DNA from: Candidatus Hermodarchaeota archaeon
GTDB taxonomy: Archaea > Asgardarchaeota > Lokiarchaeia > Sigyniarchaeales > SOKP01
Reading direction: 5' to 3'
Length of the DNA: 64,000 bases
Assembly (NCBI GenBank): GCA_048885925.1
Contig: JBHLLG010000004.1
Location: 41,617 to 105,616, forward strand
Below, one piece after another: positions 41,119-50,589 of the stretch (the first letter of the stretch is position 1; every line of letters starts with the position of its first letter). The notes under the pieces are model-generated. The model was not told where the DNA came from. It worked only from the letters and a program-made list of their open reading frames with translations, and ran no database searches. The translations under genes and the position numbers were made by a program.

Positions 41119-41451
41119 ATGAGTTTTGATGAATTTGATGAGGATTTAGGGATGGAGGAACCAGTAAAATCTAAAACTCCCGCTACTAAAATTCCTTCCG
41201 CAGGAAAGAAATTGACTTTATATTTCATGTCTACCATCGGACCTGGTGAAAAAAAGGAAAAATTAACTGTTAACGATAACAATCGTATAAGAGATATTAA
41301 AAATACATTAGGAAATTTATATGGACTTGATCCTAATGATTTTCATTTATCTTCGGGTGGAGTTACAATGGATGAAAATAGTACATTAAAAGACTATAAT
41401 CTTAATAATGGTGATGATATTCTTTTAATTCCTGCTAGCACAGCTGGATAA
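41119..41451 (+). CDS. Ubiquitin-like modifier 2 with acidic N-terminal extension
   Basis: Close paralog of 38851-39252; ends ILLIPASTAG; directly upstream of E1. Confidence 0.88.
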   Translation: MSFDEFDEDLGMEEPVKSKTPATKIPSAGKKLTLYFMSTIGPGEKKEKLTVNDNNRIRDIKNTLGNLYGLDPNDFHLSSGGVTMDENSTLKDYNLNNGDDILLIPASTAG

Positions 41452-41529
41452 ACTTATATAATTTTTTTCATAAACTATAATGTAAGGGCTTTAAGCCCTT
41501 AAATTTTTTTTATTTTATAATGATTATTA

Positions 41530-42765
41530 TTGGTGTTTATATTGAAAAATAGGTCAGATTTTTTTAGTAAAGAGCTAACAACGGAAGAGAAAAAATTATA
41601 CGACCGCCAATTTAGGCTTGAAGGATGGTCGCAAAAATTAGTAAAGAATTCTCGCGTTTTAATGATAGGTGTAGGAGGATTAGGGTGCGAAATTGCAAAG
41701 AATCTAGCAATGCTAGGAGTAGGGCATTTAGATTTAGTAGATCTTGATATCATTGAACATTCAAATCTAAATCGCCAAATCTTATTTGCTGGAGCAAAAG
41801 TAGGAGAATCAAAAGCACTTGTTGCAGCAAGAAAATTAACTGAAATTAACCCTAATACTATAATAAAAGGTTATCAAACTTCCCTAGAACGATTAGATCC
41901 AAGAATATATCGCGCTGCAGATGTTGTTATTGGTGGGCTTGATTCCATGAATGCTCGGTTGAATTTAAATGCTCAATGTATAAGATTTAGAAAACCATTA
42001 GTCGATGGAGGTGTATCTGGCTATCATGGTCATGTTTATACAATTTTTCCATTTAAAAATGCATGTTATGAATGCAATCCACTTCCGGTTGGAGAAAGTG
42101 ACGAAATGGCAGCGTGCACAGTAGTAGGCGTTCCTAGAAAGAGAATCCATTGCGTTTTTAAAGGAGACATGGCGTTTAAAGAAAATTTTGATAGAGATCC
42201 TAATCCAAAAAATATCAATGATATCAAATTTATACAAAAAGTTGCTAATGAATTAGTAAATAAACATAATTTTCTTCCGGAGTATACCGAAGATGATATT
42301 GTAAAGATAATTGATCGACATGATCCAGGAATAATTACCATAAATGCTGTCATTTCTGCGTTACAATCACATGAAGTTGTAAAAATCCTTCATTGGAAGA
42401 AAGGTCATACAGGTTTAGGTGAGCCTATTACTGATTATGTTATTTTCAATGCAATGACAATGATGTTTTATCATATTGAGAAAAAAAAAAATCCAGAATG
42501 TTCCCAATGCGGAAAAAATGTCCGGAGATTTTTAGTTAAATTAAGAAAAACTTCCCCTTGTATTAATATAATAAAAACTTTAGAGAAGCGTGGTTTTAAG
42601 CTAGATTCTGATCTAGAACCAGTATTAACATTAGTGGATTTTAATGATGTTAAGATGATAGATTTAGACCAGAATCCAATTGAAAATTGCTTAAGAGATT
42701 ATGAATTTATGACGGCTGCTGGATTTAAGGAAGGAGAAATTTTTGTAACTTTAAAATTGAAATAA
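41530..42765 (+). CDS. E1 ubiquitin-like activating enzyme (UBA3/UBA2-like)
   Basis: YDRQ, GVGGLG, DLD..E.SNLNRQ, CYEC/CSQC Zn site, catalytic AACTVVGVPR...HC, C-terminal extra domain. Confidence 0.9.
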   Translation: MVFILKNRSDFFSKELTTEEKKLYDRQFRLEGWSQKLVKNSRVLMIGVGGLGCEIAKNLAMLGVGHLDLVDLDIIEHSNLNRQILFAGAKVGESKALVAARKLTEINPNTIIKGYQTSLERLDPRIYRAADVVIGGLDSMNARLNLNAQCIRFRKPLVDGGVSGYHGHVYTIFPFKNACYECNPLPVGESDEMAACTVVGVPRKRIHCVFKGDMAFKENFDRDPNPKNINDIKFIQKVANELVNKHNFLPEYTEDDIVKIIDRHDPGIITINAVISALQSHEVVKILHWKKGHTGLGEPITDYVIFNAMTMMFYHIEKKKNPECSQCGKNVRRFLVKLRKTSPCINIIKTLEKRGFKLDSDLEPVLTLVDFNDVKMIDLDQNPIENCLRDYEFMTAAGFKEGEIFVTLKLK

Positions 42766-42875
42766 AAATTCTGTTTGAAAAGGTTTTATATGAAAATTTT
42801 ATGAAATAAAAAGAAATATAACTATAAATTTAGATATTTAAAATAAACGATAGAAAAATAAAAAGGGTTGAGAAT

Positions 42876-43403
42876 ATGAGTATAAGAAGTAGTCGAATAT
42901 CTCAAGATTTTGCGGGATTAAAAAAGTTATATAAAGATGGAACTATTGTCCAGTTAAAACCATTTAATCCCAATAGAAAGAGTATTGATCATTTAGCTAT
43001 CACTATTAAAGGTCCTAAAGGTACTGCCTATTCAGGAGGTCTTTTTAAATTAGAAATGAGATTCCCTGCACAGTATCCCAAACAGCCACCTTTTGTTAGA
43101 TTGCACACTCCAATCTGGCATCCGAATTTTTGGGCAAAACCTAGTGAATATAAAGGCCAGAGGAATATTTGCTTAGCATTAGTAGATCCCTCATTAGTAG
43201 GCAAAAAAGGAGGATGGAGCCCATCAAAAACAGCTGTGACAGTTGTTCAGGCTATAATTGCTATGCTGAACACAAGGGGTAAATATGTAAATCCCACTGA
43301 TGTTTTTAATAAAAAAGCAGCGATAGAGATGATGAAAAATCAAAAATTGTTCGAGAAAAAAGTAAAAAACTTAGTTAAAAAGTATGCAAATAAAAAGTGG
43401 TGA
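42876..43403 (+). CDS. E2 ubiquitin-like conjugating enzyme
   Basis: GP.GT.Y.GG.F, FP.QYP..PP, WHPN...ICL, WSP. Confidence 0.93.
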   Translation: MSIRSSRISQDFAGLKKLYKDGTIVQLKPFNPNRKSIDHLAITIKGPKGTAYSGGLFKLEMRFPAQYPKQPPFVRLHTPIWHPNFWAKPSEYKGQRNICLALVDPSLVGKKGGWSPSKTAVTVVQAIIAMLNTRGKYVNPTDVFNKKAAIEMMKNQKLFEKKVKNLVKKYANKKW

Positions 43404-44227
43404 AATTTAAGATGGGAGAGGATAATTCACATTTAGACTCTATTAAAGAAACAATAAAGAAGAAAATTAAAGATGTAATTAAGAAGGAATTGTTAGAAGA
43501 AATCTATGAAGAATTAAAAATGGAAGAGAAAGAGTTAGTAGATGAAATTAGTTCAATGATCTCTAAAAAAGATCCTGAAACCCAAACGATAAAGCATTCA
43601 ACTACTCCAGCCAATTCACAATCAATAAAGGAAGAACAAAAAATTATTTTTGAAGATAAAATAGAAAAAGAAGTATATATTTCAGTCAAGGCAATATTAA
43701 AAGTAGCTAGTCATGCTCTTAAATACGCTAATTCTAAAATTCCAAAAAAAAGTTGGGTGGAAGTAATAGGATTACTAGCAGGTAAATTAGATAATAAAAA
43801 TGGTATTTTACACATTGAGGATTATTATCCAATGGGTCATGGAACAGCTGTTTATGCTGAAATAAAAGATTATCGAAACTATGCTAGGGCATTCCGAGAT
43901 ATTAAAAAACAACAGTTATTTATCTGTGGTTGGGCACACAGCCATCCTTCTTATGGTTGTTTTATGTCTAATGAAGATATTGGTACTCAAGCAAGATATC
44001 AAAAGCTCTGGGATAAAGCTGTTGCCCTAGTTATCGATCCGTATCTTATTGATGGAACTTCAGCTGGTTTTGAAATTTATCGTGCTGATTTAGCTTCAAA
44101 AACGTGGTATCCTTTAGTATATGGTATTAAAGGTTCATTAGATATTCGGATGTTACCAGAAATACTTAATTTTATGAATCCAATAATTGAAGGCAAACCC
44201 GTATATCTCGAATATGATGAAAATTGA
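43397..44227 (+). CDS. JAMM/MPN+ isopeptidase (Rpn11/CSN5-like) with helical N-terminal extension
   Basis: EVIGLL.G, GWAHSHPSYGCFMS.EDI.TQ..YQ, ALVIDP. Confidence 0.92.
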   Translation: MVKFKMGEDNSHLDSIKETIKKKIKDVIKKELLEEIYEELKMEEKELVDEISSMISKKDPETQTIKHSTTPANSQSIKEEQKIIFEDKIEKEVYISVKAILKVASHALKYANSKIPKKSWVEVIGLLAGKLDNKNGILHIEDYYPMGHGTAVYAEIKDYRNYARAFRDIKKQQLFICGWAHSHPSYGCFMSNEDIGTQARYQKLWDKAVALVIDPYLIDGTSAGFEIYRADLASKTWYPLVYGIKGSLDIRMLPEILNFMNPIIEGKPVYLEYDEN

Positions 44228-44255
44228 AACAGATAATTTTGGTGATGAATAAACT

Positions 44256-45413
44256 GTGGCTAAAGTTAAATCTGTTGCAATTGTTCTAGGGATATTTTCA
44301 TTAATAGGCATAATACATGGTGTTATTTCAAATTCTTTTAACATATTTATAACTTGGGTATTAATTGGAATCTGGTTGATTTATTCTTTTAAAGTATTTA
44401 AAAATATTAAGCAGTATCGCGAATTTAATTCTCCTCATAATACTGCTTTCTTTATTATAAGTCCTATTTTTGTTGGAATTTTTTATTCAATTTGGAGTAA
44501 TTTTACTGGTATATTGGGAGAGAATCTTTTAGAAGGTTCAGATTTATATTTAAGTTGGTGGAGTATATTATTTGGTTTTCCGTATGTGTTATATGGTTCA
44601 ATATCATTATATCGTTGTTTTAAAAAATACCATGTAATTTATTTTGGTACAAAATCAATAAAAGCCCGTACTTTTGGATATATCTTAGGTCTATCAACTA
44701 TAATTTTTATAATTATCTATTGGATAAGTTTTTATTCTGTTGTTGACTTTAGTGAATCTTTACTAACACCTCTCCATTTTCTAATAGATCTCAATCTTCT
44801 CATATTCCTTATTAGTACTATTTTAATATTAATTGTCCCCGGATTAATTGGAGGTCAAACCCGTCTACCACAATTAAGTAGAGACTATATTTCACAACGA
44901 ACACGTAGATTAAGCCGATTAACTTCACCTAGAATAACCTCAACTCCTCGTAGGCAGAGAGAAAGTTCTCGTAGTTCATCTAGATCTTCTCCCTCTCCTT
45001 CAATTAGTACAAGTACTCGCACATCGAGATCAGTAACTCATTCAGTAAGATCCACACCAAAAGCAAACAGAACAACTGTAAGTTCAAGAGCTAAAGCATC
45101 CACTCGAACTGTACATAGAAAAAATTTAGATCTATACAAACCTAAAGCCGCAAGTTTATCACCGGAAGACTTTAAATGCATTTTTTGTTTTAAATTACCG
45201 GAATTACCTAAAGATAATGGTAGAGGCATAGTACTATGTCCAAAATGTAGGTATCCTGCCCATGCAGATGAATTCAAAGATTGGCTTTCAAACTCTAACC
45301 TTTGCTCTCGATGTAATGCACCTATTTCAGGAGGTTTTAGAAGAAATCCTAGAATTATTAGTGTAAAAAATTATTTAATAATTTATAGAGATTTTCTAAG
45401 GAGAGGAAGATAG
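44256..45413 (+). CDS. Polytopic membrane protein with C-terminal RING-like domain (putative E3)
   Basis: About 6 TMs, S/R/T-rich linker, CIFC-x16-CPKC-x4-H...W...CSRC. Confidence 0.8.
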   Translation: MAKVKSVAIVLGIFSLIGIIHGVISNSFNIFITWVLIGIWLIYSFKVFKNIKQYREFNSPHNTAFFIISPIFVGIFYSIWSNFTGILGENLLEGSDLYLSWWSILFGFPYVLYGSISLYRCFKKYHVIYFGTKSIKARTFGYILGLSTIIFIIIYWISFYSVVDFSESLLTPLHFLIDLNLLIFLISTILILIVPGLIGGQTRLPQLSRDYISQRTRRLSRLTSPRITSTPRRQRESSRSSSRSSPSPSISTSTRTSRSVTHSVRSTPKANRTTVSSRAKASTRTVHRKNLDLYKPKAASLSPEDFKCIFCFKLPELPKDNGRGIVLCPKCRYPAHADEFKDWLSNSNLCSRCNAPISGGFRRNPRIISVKNYLIIYRDFLRRGR

Positions 45414-45445
45414 CTTATCATAATATTTTTGAGCTTATTGGAGAA

Positions 45446-46390
45446 TTAAATTTTCATTTTCAATTGTTTTTTTAACTCCCCTATAGTGGTTTTTAGCTCC
45501 GCATAAACATTATGAGGATGGATAGACTCAAGACTTTCAATTTTAAATTTAACTTTAAAATTATCTTCGAGATTTGGAAAATTTCTCGAAATGAAATTTT
45601 TTGCCATTTCTCTAACAACATCTTCAGAAAATAGAGGTTTCAAGTGAGCAGTTCTTACTAATTCGGCTTCTTCAGGTCTTTTTAAAACAGATTGAATTTT
45701 ACCACTCATTGATTCCTCTATAACATCAATAATGTCCAAAACATCTATCTTATGATTATTTAAATCTTTTATTTGAACTATAATTGTTCCAATAGATCTT
45801 TGATTATGTGAGGAAAAGGGAAGGATATTTAAAAGTTTATTAAGATCGTCTTCTGTAACTTTGATATCTTTTCTAGATTTAACAACTTCTTGGGCGTATT
45901 CTAATGAGAGTTCTTTTGCACATGGACAAACTGTCATTCCAACTGCGCTTGCCCCTATGAAGTAATTATAATCGATATGATAATGACTATCTCGGTTTGC
46001 TTTTACAAAGGAACTAATATCATAGGATTTTTGAATAATCCTTTCATCATTTTCTCGTACTTGAACGATAATTTTTCCTTCCAATTTGACTTCTGCTTTT
46101 GAGGTATATGGATGGCGTTCCATTAATTTTTTCACTATTCTATCTCCAACGAGTTCAATAGTAGGAGTAGGTTTGAAAATTACTTCATTAATTACTTCTT
46201 CTATTGTTTCTGAAGTACGAGACATATGAATCCCTCGTTGTTCAGCGGGTAGATTAATTAATGCTGATATTCTTGGGTAGAAAGAATATTTCTTATTCTC
46301 TTGTACAATCTCAACTTTTTTTTCTAATTCTACAATACCGACTTTATCAATTGGTATATCTATTGCTGAACCAGAATCCTGTAAATCCAT
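45446..46390 (-). CDS. mptA: GTP cyclohydrolase MptA/FolE2
   Basis: DLQ, RGIHMSR, GMTVCPCA, SHNQRS, LKRPEE, EDVVR, ESIHPH. Confidence 0.93.
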   Translation of the reverse strand: MDLQDSGSAIDIPIDKVGIVELEKKVEIVQENKKYSFYPRISALINLPAEQRGIHMSRTSETIEEVINEVIFKPTPTIELVGDRIVKKLMERHPYTSKAEVKLEGKIIVQVRENDERIIQKSYDISSFVKANRDSHYHIDYNYFIGASAVGMTVCPCAKELSLEYAQEVVKSRKDIKVTEDDLNKLLNILPFSSHNQRSIGTIIVQIKDLNNHKIDVLDIIDVIEESMSGKIQSVLKRPEEAELVRTAHLKPLFSEDVVREMAKNFISRNFPNLEDNFKVKFKIESLESIHPHNVYAELKTTIGELKKQLKMKI

Positions 46391-46500
46391 TTTAAACTTA
46401 TGAATTTTGACTCACCAGAATCAAAAAATAATTTTATTTTGTTCTATTCATAAAAAAGATTAGATAAAATATAAAATAATTTGAATTTTTTAAGAGTAAA

Positions 46501-47673
46501 ATGCCTCATAAAAGTATTTTTAGCAATTTTGCATTAATAGGGGAAGATTTAGCATTAAAGCAAGATGTGTTTTTAGAAATTGATGAAGATGGAAAAATTT
46601 TAGAAATAATATATGATGATTTAGATACATCTAATATAACTACTGATAGTAGTCAAAATTACTTACTTTTACCTGGGTTTATCAATTCACATACTCATAT
46701 AGGGGATAATTTCGCTAAAGAATTAGGCTTTAACAAAGAATTAGTAGATATAGTTGCCCCAATGTTTGGTCTGAAACATAAACTATTAAGACAGACGCCG
46801 GACACGGTTAAAATTAAAGGAATTCAAAATGCTGTCTTAGAAATGCTTTCAAATGGAATTACATTTTTTATTGATTTTAGAGAAGAAGGAGTTGAAGGTT
46901 TGAATCTTCTAAAAAAAGCACTTATGGAAAGTCCAATGAATTATATGCTTTTAGGTCGGTTTATGGATGAGAGTGAAATAGAATCTATTTTTGAATTAGC
47001 AGATGGAATGGGATTATCTAGTTATAAACAAATTACTTCAATAAATAAAAAATTAATTATAGAAGCTAAACAAAAATTCAATAAAATTATTGCTTGTCAT
47101 TGTGCTGAAAATACCCGTAATATTAATCTAATAAATGATATGTTTAATGATGATTTTATTGATGTAATTATCCATGCGACAAAATTTATCAAAGATGATT
47201 TAGAAGAAGTAATTTCAAAGAGTAAATCAGTTGTTTTATGTCCTCGTAGTAATGGGTATTTTGGAGTCGGTTTTCCCCCCATTAACGAAATTATAAAACT
47301 AAAGATTCCAATATCTTTAGGTACCGATAATACAATGGTAAATAATACCGATTTATTTGAAGAGATTCGTTATTTGTATAGAATTTCTAGGATTTTATGC
47401 AATTATAATAAAGAACTTCAATTAACATCTAAAGATTTATTAAAAATGGTTACTATAAATGCGGCTAAGAATTTTCATCTTGAAAATAAGTTGGGTACAA
47501 TTTCTAAGGGAAAATTTGCTGATATTTTTCTAATTGACCTAAGCCACTCAAATCTTTTTTCTACCAATTTAGATTCTAATAATATATATGATTTAATTAC
47601 TCAAAGAACAAAATCAGAAAATATTATTAAGACATATATTAAAGGGGAGGTAGTATTTGAAAGAAGAGAATAA
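46501..47673 (+). CDS. Amidohydrolase/deaminase family protein
   Basis: PGFINSHTHIGD, DFRE, HCAE, CPRSN, LGTDN. Confidence 0.88.
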   Translation: MPHKSIFSNFALIGEDLALKQDVFLEIDEDGKILEIIYDDLDTSNITTDSSQNYLLLPGFINSHTHIGDNFAKELGFNKELVDIVAPMFGLKHKLLRQTPDTVKIKGIQNAVLEMLSNGITFFIDFREEGVEGLNLLKKALMESPMNYMLLGRFMDESEIESIFELADGMGLSSYKQITSINKKLIIEAKQKFNKIIACHCAENTRNINLINDMFNDDFIDVIIHATKFIKDDLEEVISKSKSVVLCPRSNGYFGVGFPPINEIIKLKIPISLGTDNTMVNNTDLFEEIRYLYRISRILCNYNKELQLTSKDLLKMVTINAAKNFHLENKLGTISKGKFADIFLIDLSHSNLFSTNLDSNNIYDLITQRTKSENIIKTYIKGEVVFERRE

Positions 47674-48322
47674 GCCTTATATCATTTTAAGCGCTGCAAT
47701 GACAATAGATGGAAAAATTGCTACTAAAAAGGGTGATTCAGAATTATCGGATAAAATTGATTGGAAAGAAGTCCATAAACTCCGAACCGAAGTTGATGCT
47801 ATAATGGTTGGAAAGGGAACGATTTTAAAAGATAATCCAAAATTGCATATTAAATATTATCATCATAAAGGATATTATAGAATTGTTTTAGATAGCAATT
47901 TAACCATTCCTTTAGAATCCAATATTATCTCTTTTCAACAAGAAATCTATCCCACTATTATTTGTACAACTGAAAATGTTCCAATAACTAAAGTAAAAAT
48001 GTATGAAGAAAAAAGTGTTAAAATAATTAAAGCTGGGGATGGAGAGCGTGTGAATTTGATTAAACTTTTACCAATCTTAAAAGATTTCGGAATAAATTAT
48101 ATTTTACTTGAAGGTGGTGGTAATTTAAATTGGAGTTTTATTGAAAATGATTTGATTAACGAAATAAGGCTGACTATAGCTCCTTGTATTGTAGGTGGAA
48201 AGGAAGCAACAAGCTTAGTAGAAGGAATAGGATTTGAAGAAATAGCTAAAGCTCCTAAATTTGAGCTTTTTGATGCTAAAGTTAGAAATGATTACATTAC
48301 ATTAAGATATAAAAGGAAGTAG
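47657..48322 (+). CDS. arfC: 2,5-diamino-6-ribosylamino-4(3H)-pyrimidinone 5'-phosphate reductase
   Basis: AMTIDGKIA, VHKLR...DAIMVG, LLEGGG.LN. Confidence 0.88.
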   Translation: MKEENKPYIILSAAMTIDGKIATKKGDSELSDKIDWKEVHKLRTEVDAIMVGKGTILKDNPKLHIKYYHHKGYYRIVLDSNLTIPLESNIISFQQEIYPTIICTTENVPITKVKMYEEKSVKIIKAGDGERVNLIKLLPILKDFGINYILLEGGGNLNWSFIENDLINEIRLTIAPCIVGGKEATSLVEGIGFEEIAKAPKFELFDAKVRNDYITLRYKRK

Positions 48323-48324
48323 TA

Positions 48325-49431
48325 ATGAGTGAATATAATATCAAGCAATTAATAGGTTTAACCAATAAACACCTAAGAGAAAAAGTTAAGGAGATAAAAG
48401 CACCATTATCTCATAGAAAACGCAACACAATTACTTATTCGAAAAATTTTACACTCTCTCTTTCGAACTTTTGTATTAATCAATGTGGATATTGTTTTTA
48501 TAATTATAAAATCCCGAAGTTAAGTGGTGAAGATAATGTAATATTGAAAGCAAAAGAGCAAATCGAGACAATAATTCAAAAAGCTATTCAATATGATTGT
48601 AAGGAAGCCCTTGTTATGTCTGGAGAACTTCCTGGTAATTTCATTGAAGTTAAAAAAGAATTAGAAAAAAGAGGCTATTCAGATTTTATACTATATGTGA
48701 CAGAAATATGTAAATATTTACTTGAATTTAATGTTCTTCCTCATACAAATTTAGGATTTTTGACTTATGATGAAATGAAAAAGTTAAAGGAAATTAATGC
48801 AAGCATGGGATTGATGCTTGAGAGCACCAGTATGAGACTTTTTGAAAAAGGAAAGGTGCATGAACATTCTCCTGGAAAATTACCAGCAAAAAGAATAGAA
48901 CACATAAGCAATGCTGGAAAATTAAAAATTCCATTTACTACAGGTTTATTAATAGGAATTGGGGAAACAATTGAAGATATAATAAAAGATTTACATCTAA
49001 TCAAAAAGATCCATAATAAATATGGACATATACAAGAAGTGATAATCCAAAATTTTGTAAATAAACAAGGGATTCCCTATCAACCTAAAAAACCTATTTC
49101 CATTGAAAAGATGCTCAAAATAACAGGAATTGCTCGTATCATTTTTGAAAATGAAATTGCCATTCAAGTTCCACCAAACTTAATAAAAGGTTTTGAAAAA
49201 AATTTTATCGATATAGGTATCGATGATTTTGGTGGAATTTCCCCCATTACGTTAGATTATATAAATCCTGAAAAAAGGTGGCCCCAAATTGATGATTTGA
49301 AAAAAATTTGTATTGATAAAGGTTATTTTCTTAAAGAAAGGCTCCCAATATATGATAAATTTATAAATAAAGAAGGATTTTGTTCAGAAAATATTAAAAA
49401 AATAATTGATAATATAAATTTAAATGCTTAG
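48325..49431 (+). CDS. cofG: FO synthase subunit CofG
   Basis: ITYSKN, CINQCGYC, LPHTN.G, SMGLMLE, PFTTGLL, DDFGGISP. Confidence 0.93.
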   Translation: MSEYNIKQLIGLTNKHLREKVKEIKAPLSHRKRNTITYSKNFTLSLSNFCINQCGYCFYNYKIPKLSGEDNVILKAKEQIETIIQKAIQYDCKEALVMSGELPGNFIEVKKELEKRGYSDFILYVTEICKYLLEFNVLPHTNLGFLTYDEMKKLKEINASMGLMLESTSMRLFEKGKVHEHSPGKLPAKRIEHISNAGKLKIPFTTGLLIGIGETIEDIIKDLHLIKKIHNKYGHIQEVIIQNFVNKQGIPYQPKKPISIEKMLKITGIARIIFENEIAIQVPPNLIKGFEKNFIDIGIDDFGGISPITLDYINPEKRWPQIDDLKKICIDKGYFLKERLPIYDKFINKEGFCSENIKKIIDNINLNA

Positions 49432-50557
49432 TTCTCAGTTTTTCGAGCATATCGACCAACGTGTTAATAAAATTTTACAGAAAGTTTTAGATTCAAAAGA
49501 ATTGAGTTCAGAGGAAGCATTAGAATTATTAAAAGTAAATGGAAAAGAATTTTTTGCTTTACAATATATAGCTGATCAGGTCTGTTTAGAAAAAAAGCAT
49601 AATATTGTAACTTTTGTCGTTAATAGAAATATAAATTTCACTAATGTGTGTTATCAACGTTGTAAGTTCTGTTCTTTCAGTTTACCTGCTACAGATAATG
49701 ATGCTTTTTTGCTTACTATTGATCAAGTTAGAGAAAAAGTAATTAAGGCAAAAAATGCTGGTTGTAGTGAAGTTTGTATTCAAGGAGGTATAAATCCCGA
49801 TTTGACATTTGAATTTTATATAGATATTCTTAAATCTGTCAAAAAAATTGACCGAAATATACATATTCATGCTTTCTCTCCACAAGAAATATTTTATATA
49901 TCCAAATTGTATGATAATTCAATAGAAGATACTTTGAAAGAATTAAAAAATGCTGGTTTAGATTCCATTCCGGGAACAGCTGCAGAGATATTAGTAGATG
50001 ACGTGCGAAAAATTATTTGTCCTAATAAAATTACAACGTCCCAATGGATAAATATTATAACCATGGCTCATAAATTAGGAATTCCAACAACATCTACCAT
50101 AATGTATGGTCATATCGAAAGTTTAAATGATAGAGTTAAACATTTACACATTATAAGAGAAATTCAAAAAGAAACTAAAGGTTTTACAGAATTCGTACTT
50201 TTGCCATTTATAAAGGATAAACCGATTTTGTCAAGACTGGAAAATTTCCCATTGAATCCTAGTTATGGAATGGATGATTTAAGACTATTTTGTGTTGCTA
50301 GATTATTTTTAAATAACTATATTGATAATATTCAATGTAGTTGGGTGAAATTAGGACCCAAGTTTGCTCAAGTTTCTTTGAGTTATGGCGTTAATGACTT
50401 TTCTGGAACTCTAATGGAGGAAAATATATCTAAAAGTGCTGGAGCGGAATTTGGAGAGTATTTATCTCCAGAAGAAATTGTGGAAATTATAAAAGAAGCA
50501 GGAAAAAAACCTGCCCAAAGAGATACTCTTTATAATATTATCAAATATTATAGATAA
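49424..50557 (+). CDS. cofH: FO synthase subunit CofH
   Basis: VNRNINFTNVCYQRCKFC, PGTAAEIL, SWVKLG, GTLMEENIS. Confidence 0.93.
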   Translation: MLSSQFFEHIDQRVNKILQKVLDSKELSSEEALELLKVNGKEFFALQYIADQVCLEKKHNIVTFVVNRNINFTNVCYQRCKFCSFSLPATDNDAFLLTIDQVREKVIKAKNAGCSEVCIQGGINPDLTFEFYIDILKSVKKIDRNIHIHAFSPQEIFYISKLYDNSIEDTLKELKNAGLDSIPGTAAEILVDDVRKIICPNKITTSQWINIITMAHKLGIPTTSTIMYGHIESLNDRVKHLHIIREIQKETKGFTEFVLLPFIKDKPILSRLENFPLNPSYGMDDLRLFCVARLFLNNYIDNIQCSWVKLGPKFAQVSLSYGVNDFSGTLMEENISKSAGAEFGEYLSPEEIVEIIKEAGKKPAQRDTLYNIIKYYR

Positions 50558-50589
50558 AATTAATATAATATCCGTTATTTTAATTTACC

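Noticed and set aside
41530-42765. E1 as a MoeB/ThiF/UbaA sulfur-carrier (SAMP) activator
   Set aside because: It has a UBA3-like catalytic Cys segment and an extra C-terminal domain, and sits with E2, RING and JAMM rather than cofactor genes
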